Assembly: GCA_025964175.1 (NCBI GenBank)
Contig: JAOPZL010000214.1
Location: 1-46,988, forward strand
Length of the DNA: 46,988 bases
From: Solirubrobacterales bacterium
Lineage (GTDB): Bacteria; Actinomycetota; Thermoleophilia; Solirubrobacterales; Solirubrobacteraceae
Direction: 5' to 3'
The position numbers were made by a program, and so were the translations under genes. Under the pieces are notes generated by a model. It ran no database searches, was not told where the DNA came from, and saw nothing but the letters and a program-made list of their open reading frames with translations. Positions 45,816 through 46,988 of this stretch are shown here, piece after piece; the stretch's first letter is position 1; every line of letters starts with the position of its first letter.

Positions 45816-46784
45816 TCAGTCGTGGGCGCCCGCGTCCGTCGCAGCGGGAAGAGCGCGACCACGGCGCAGCAGCTCGATCGCGGCCATGTCGAGCGCGGCG
45901 TGGCCGACGGACTTGAAGAGCGTGATCCCCTGTGGGTTCTCCGCGCGCAGGCCCGCGAGGACGCTGTGGTCACTCAGCTCGGCGGCGATGTGATCGCGGT
46001 CGATCAGCCCGGCGTCCAGCGCCTGCACCAGGTCCCCGGCCTCGTGCCAGGCATGCTCGCGAACCTCGACGACGACGCGGGCGCGGGCGACCGTCTCCCC
46101 CGGGATCTCGCGCCGAGTCGGCCGGTAGGAGCCCATCGCGTTGATGTGCGTTCCGGGTTGAATCGATCCGTGCGCGAAGACCGGCGTCGTGGCGGTGGTG
46201 ACCGTGGTGACGAGGTCCGCGCCGGCCAGCGCCGACTCCGGCGTCTCCAACGTCGCGTCCCATCCCCGATCCCGCAGGCGCTGGACGAACGCGCGGCTGC
46301 GCTGCGGCGAACGGCCCACGACGCGGATCGACCGCAGCGGCCGGACGACGTCGATGGCCTCCACGTGGCCGGCGGCCAACGCGCCGGTGCCGAACAGCGC
46401 GAGCACGCTCGCGTCGGGGCGGGCGAGCACGTCGGTGGCGAACGCGGCGATGGCCGCGGTCCGGCGGCTGGTCACCGCTGCGGCGTCGACGAGGGCCTCG
46501 AGCCGGCCCTCGGGCGAGAGCACGACGATGACACCGGAGATCGTGGGGAGGTCGGCCGGGCGCTGCTCCCGCATGTCGGCCCGCACGAGCTTGCAGACGA
46601 GGCTCCCGCTCTCATCCAGGCAGGGCATCGTCAGCCAGTCCGGACCGCCGCCGTTGAGGACCAGTCGCGGCGGCGCGGTCGGCCGTTGGCGGAAGGCGGC
46701 TCCGGCAGCGACGATCAGCTCCGGCATCGGGAGGAGCGCCTCGACGGACTCCGCGTCCACGAAGGGAATGTGAGAGATGGCCAT
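45816..46784 (-). CDS. Ornithine cyclodeaminase / mu-crystallin family protein (second copy)
   Basis: LTMP, VTSRRTAA, FGTGALA, HINAMGS, REIP, EAGDL and FKSVG motifs. Confidence 0.88.
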   Translation of the reverse strand: MAISHIPFVDAESVEALLPMPELIVAAGAAFRQRPTAPPRLVLNGGGPDWLTMPCLDESGSLVCKLVRADMREQRPADLPTISGVIVVLSPEGRLEALVDAAAVTSRRTAAIAAFATDVLARPDASVLALFGTGALAAGHVEAIDVVRPLRSIRVVGRSPQRSRAFVQRLRDRGWDATLETPESALAGADLVTTVTTATTPVFAHGSIQPGTHINAMGSYRPTRREIPGETVARARVVVEVREHAWHEAGDLVQALDAGLIDRDHIAAELSDHSVLAGLRAENPQGITLFKSVGHAALDMAAIELLRRGRALPAATDAGAHD

Positions 46785-46823
46785 GGGTAGGAAGGATCCT
46801 GACCCATGACCGGTGTCTCCCGA

Positions 46824-46988
46824 TCAGCAGGGCGCCGTGTAGGCCTCCACCTGATCGGCCGGCACGCGCTCTCCGTCGTGCCGACCCGAGCACACGCGCT
46901 CGGCGAAGACCGCGAGGCGCTCCCCTTGGATCCGCGCCGACACGCGGGTCGCCTCGTCGATGGCGCCGACCTCCGGGCCCGACGTCCA
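46824..46988 (-). CDS. C-terminal fragment of a gene truncated by the window edge, possibly a WrbA-like flavodoxin / NAD(P)H:quinone oxidoreductase
   Basis: Open frame WTSGPEVGAIDEATRVSARIQGERLAVFAERV...C*. The AR.QG.R.A helix resembles WrbA C-termini. Confidence 0.45.
   Translation of the reverse strand, partial: WTSGPEVGAIDEATRVSARIQGERLAVFAERVCSGRHDGERVPADQVEAYTAPC

Noticed and set aside
9300-46988. Mobile genomic island, prophage or biosynthetic gene cluster
   Set aside because: No integrase, transposase, tRNA, att pair, phage gene or NRPS/PKS/RiPP gene was seen. Importers and ring-cleavage enzymes point to catabolism.
1-46988. rRNA, tRNA, CRISPR arrays, riboswitches
   Set aside because: Intergenic spaces are short, and none shows a cloverleaf, repeat-spacer periodicity or a riboswitch consensus I can recognise. 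An Infernal/Rfam scan would be needed to exclude small RNAs.

Overview
Very high-GC actinobacterial DNA. The gene content suggests Solirubrobacterales/Thermoleophilia, but this is an inference. Bases 1-9.3 kb are a fairly ordinary region: an ECF42-type sigma factor with its DGPF/YCII partner, a VOC/PhnB-like gene, a 1313-aa secreted PKD-repeat protein, an APC amino-acid permease and a stand-alone PilZ protein. From about 9.4 kb to the right edge is a dense catabolic gene cluster of at least 37 kb, in two halves. The first half (10.1-32.9 kb) holds seven hydantoinase/5-oxoprolinase-family subunits (3 A-type, 4 B-type) in two ~10.5-kb tandem-like modules. It also holds a CocE/NonD hydrolase, an M20 peptidase, a sugar-type ABC importer split between the two modules, a D-glutamate-cyclase-like (DUF4392) protein, a DUF1203 protein and a D-amino-acid dehydrogenase. 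The second half (33-47 kb) is an aromatic/N-heterocycle block: FAH-family protein, KynB-like cyclase, two ornithine-cyclodeaminase/mu-crystallin proteins, HpaB-type flavin monooxygenase, extradiol dioxygenase, DHDPS-fold aldolase, GabD-like dehydrogenase and a second sugar-type ABC importer. Each half has its own GntR/FCD regulator and its own recurring AT-rich candidate operator, ATGTNACAT in the first and AGAATRT in the second, both visible directly in the sequence. No rRNA, tRNA, CRISPR array, integrase or transposase was seen. All product calls come from motif recognition only; no database searches were run.
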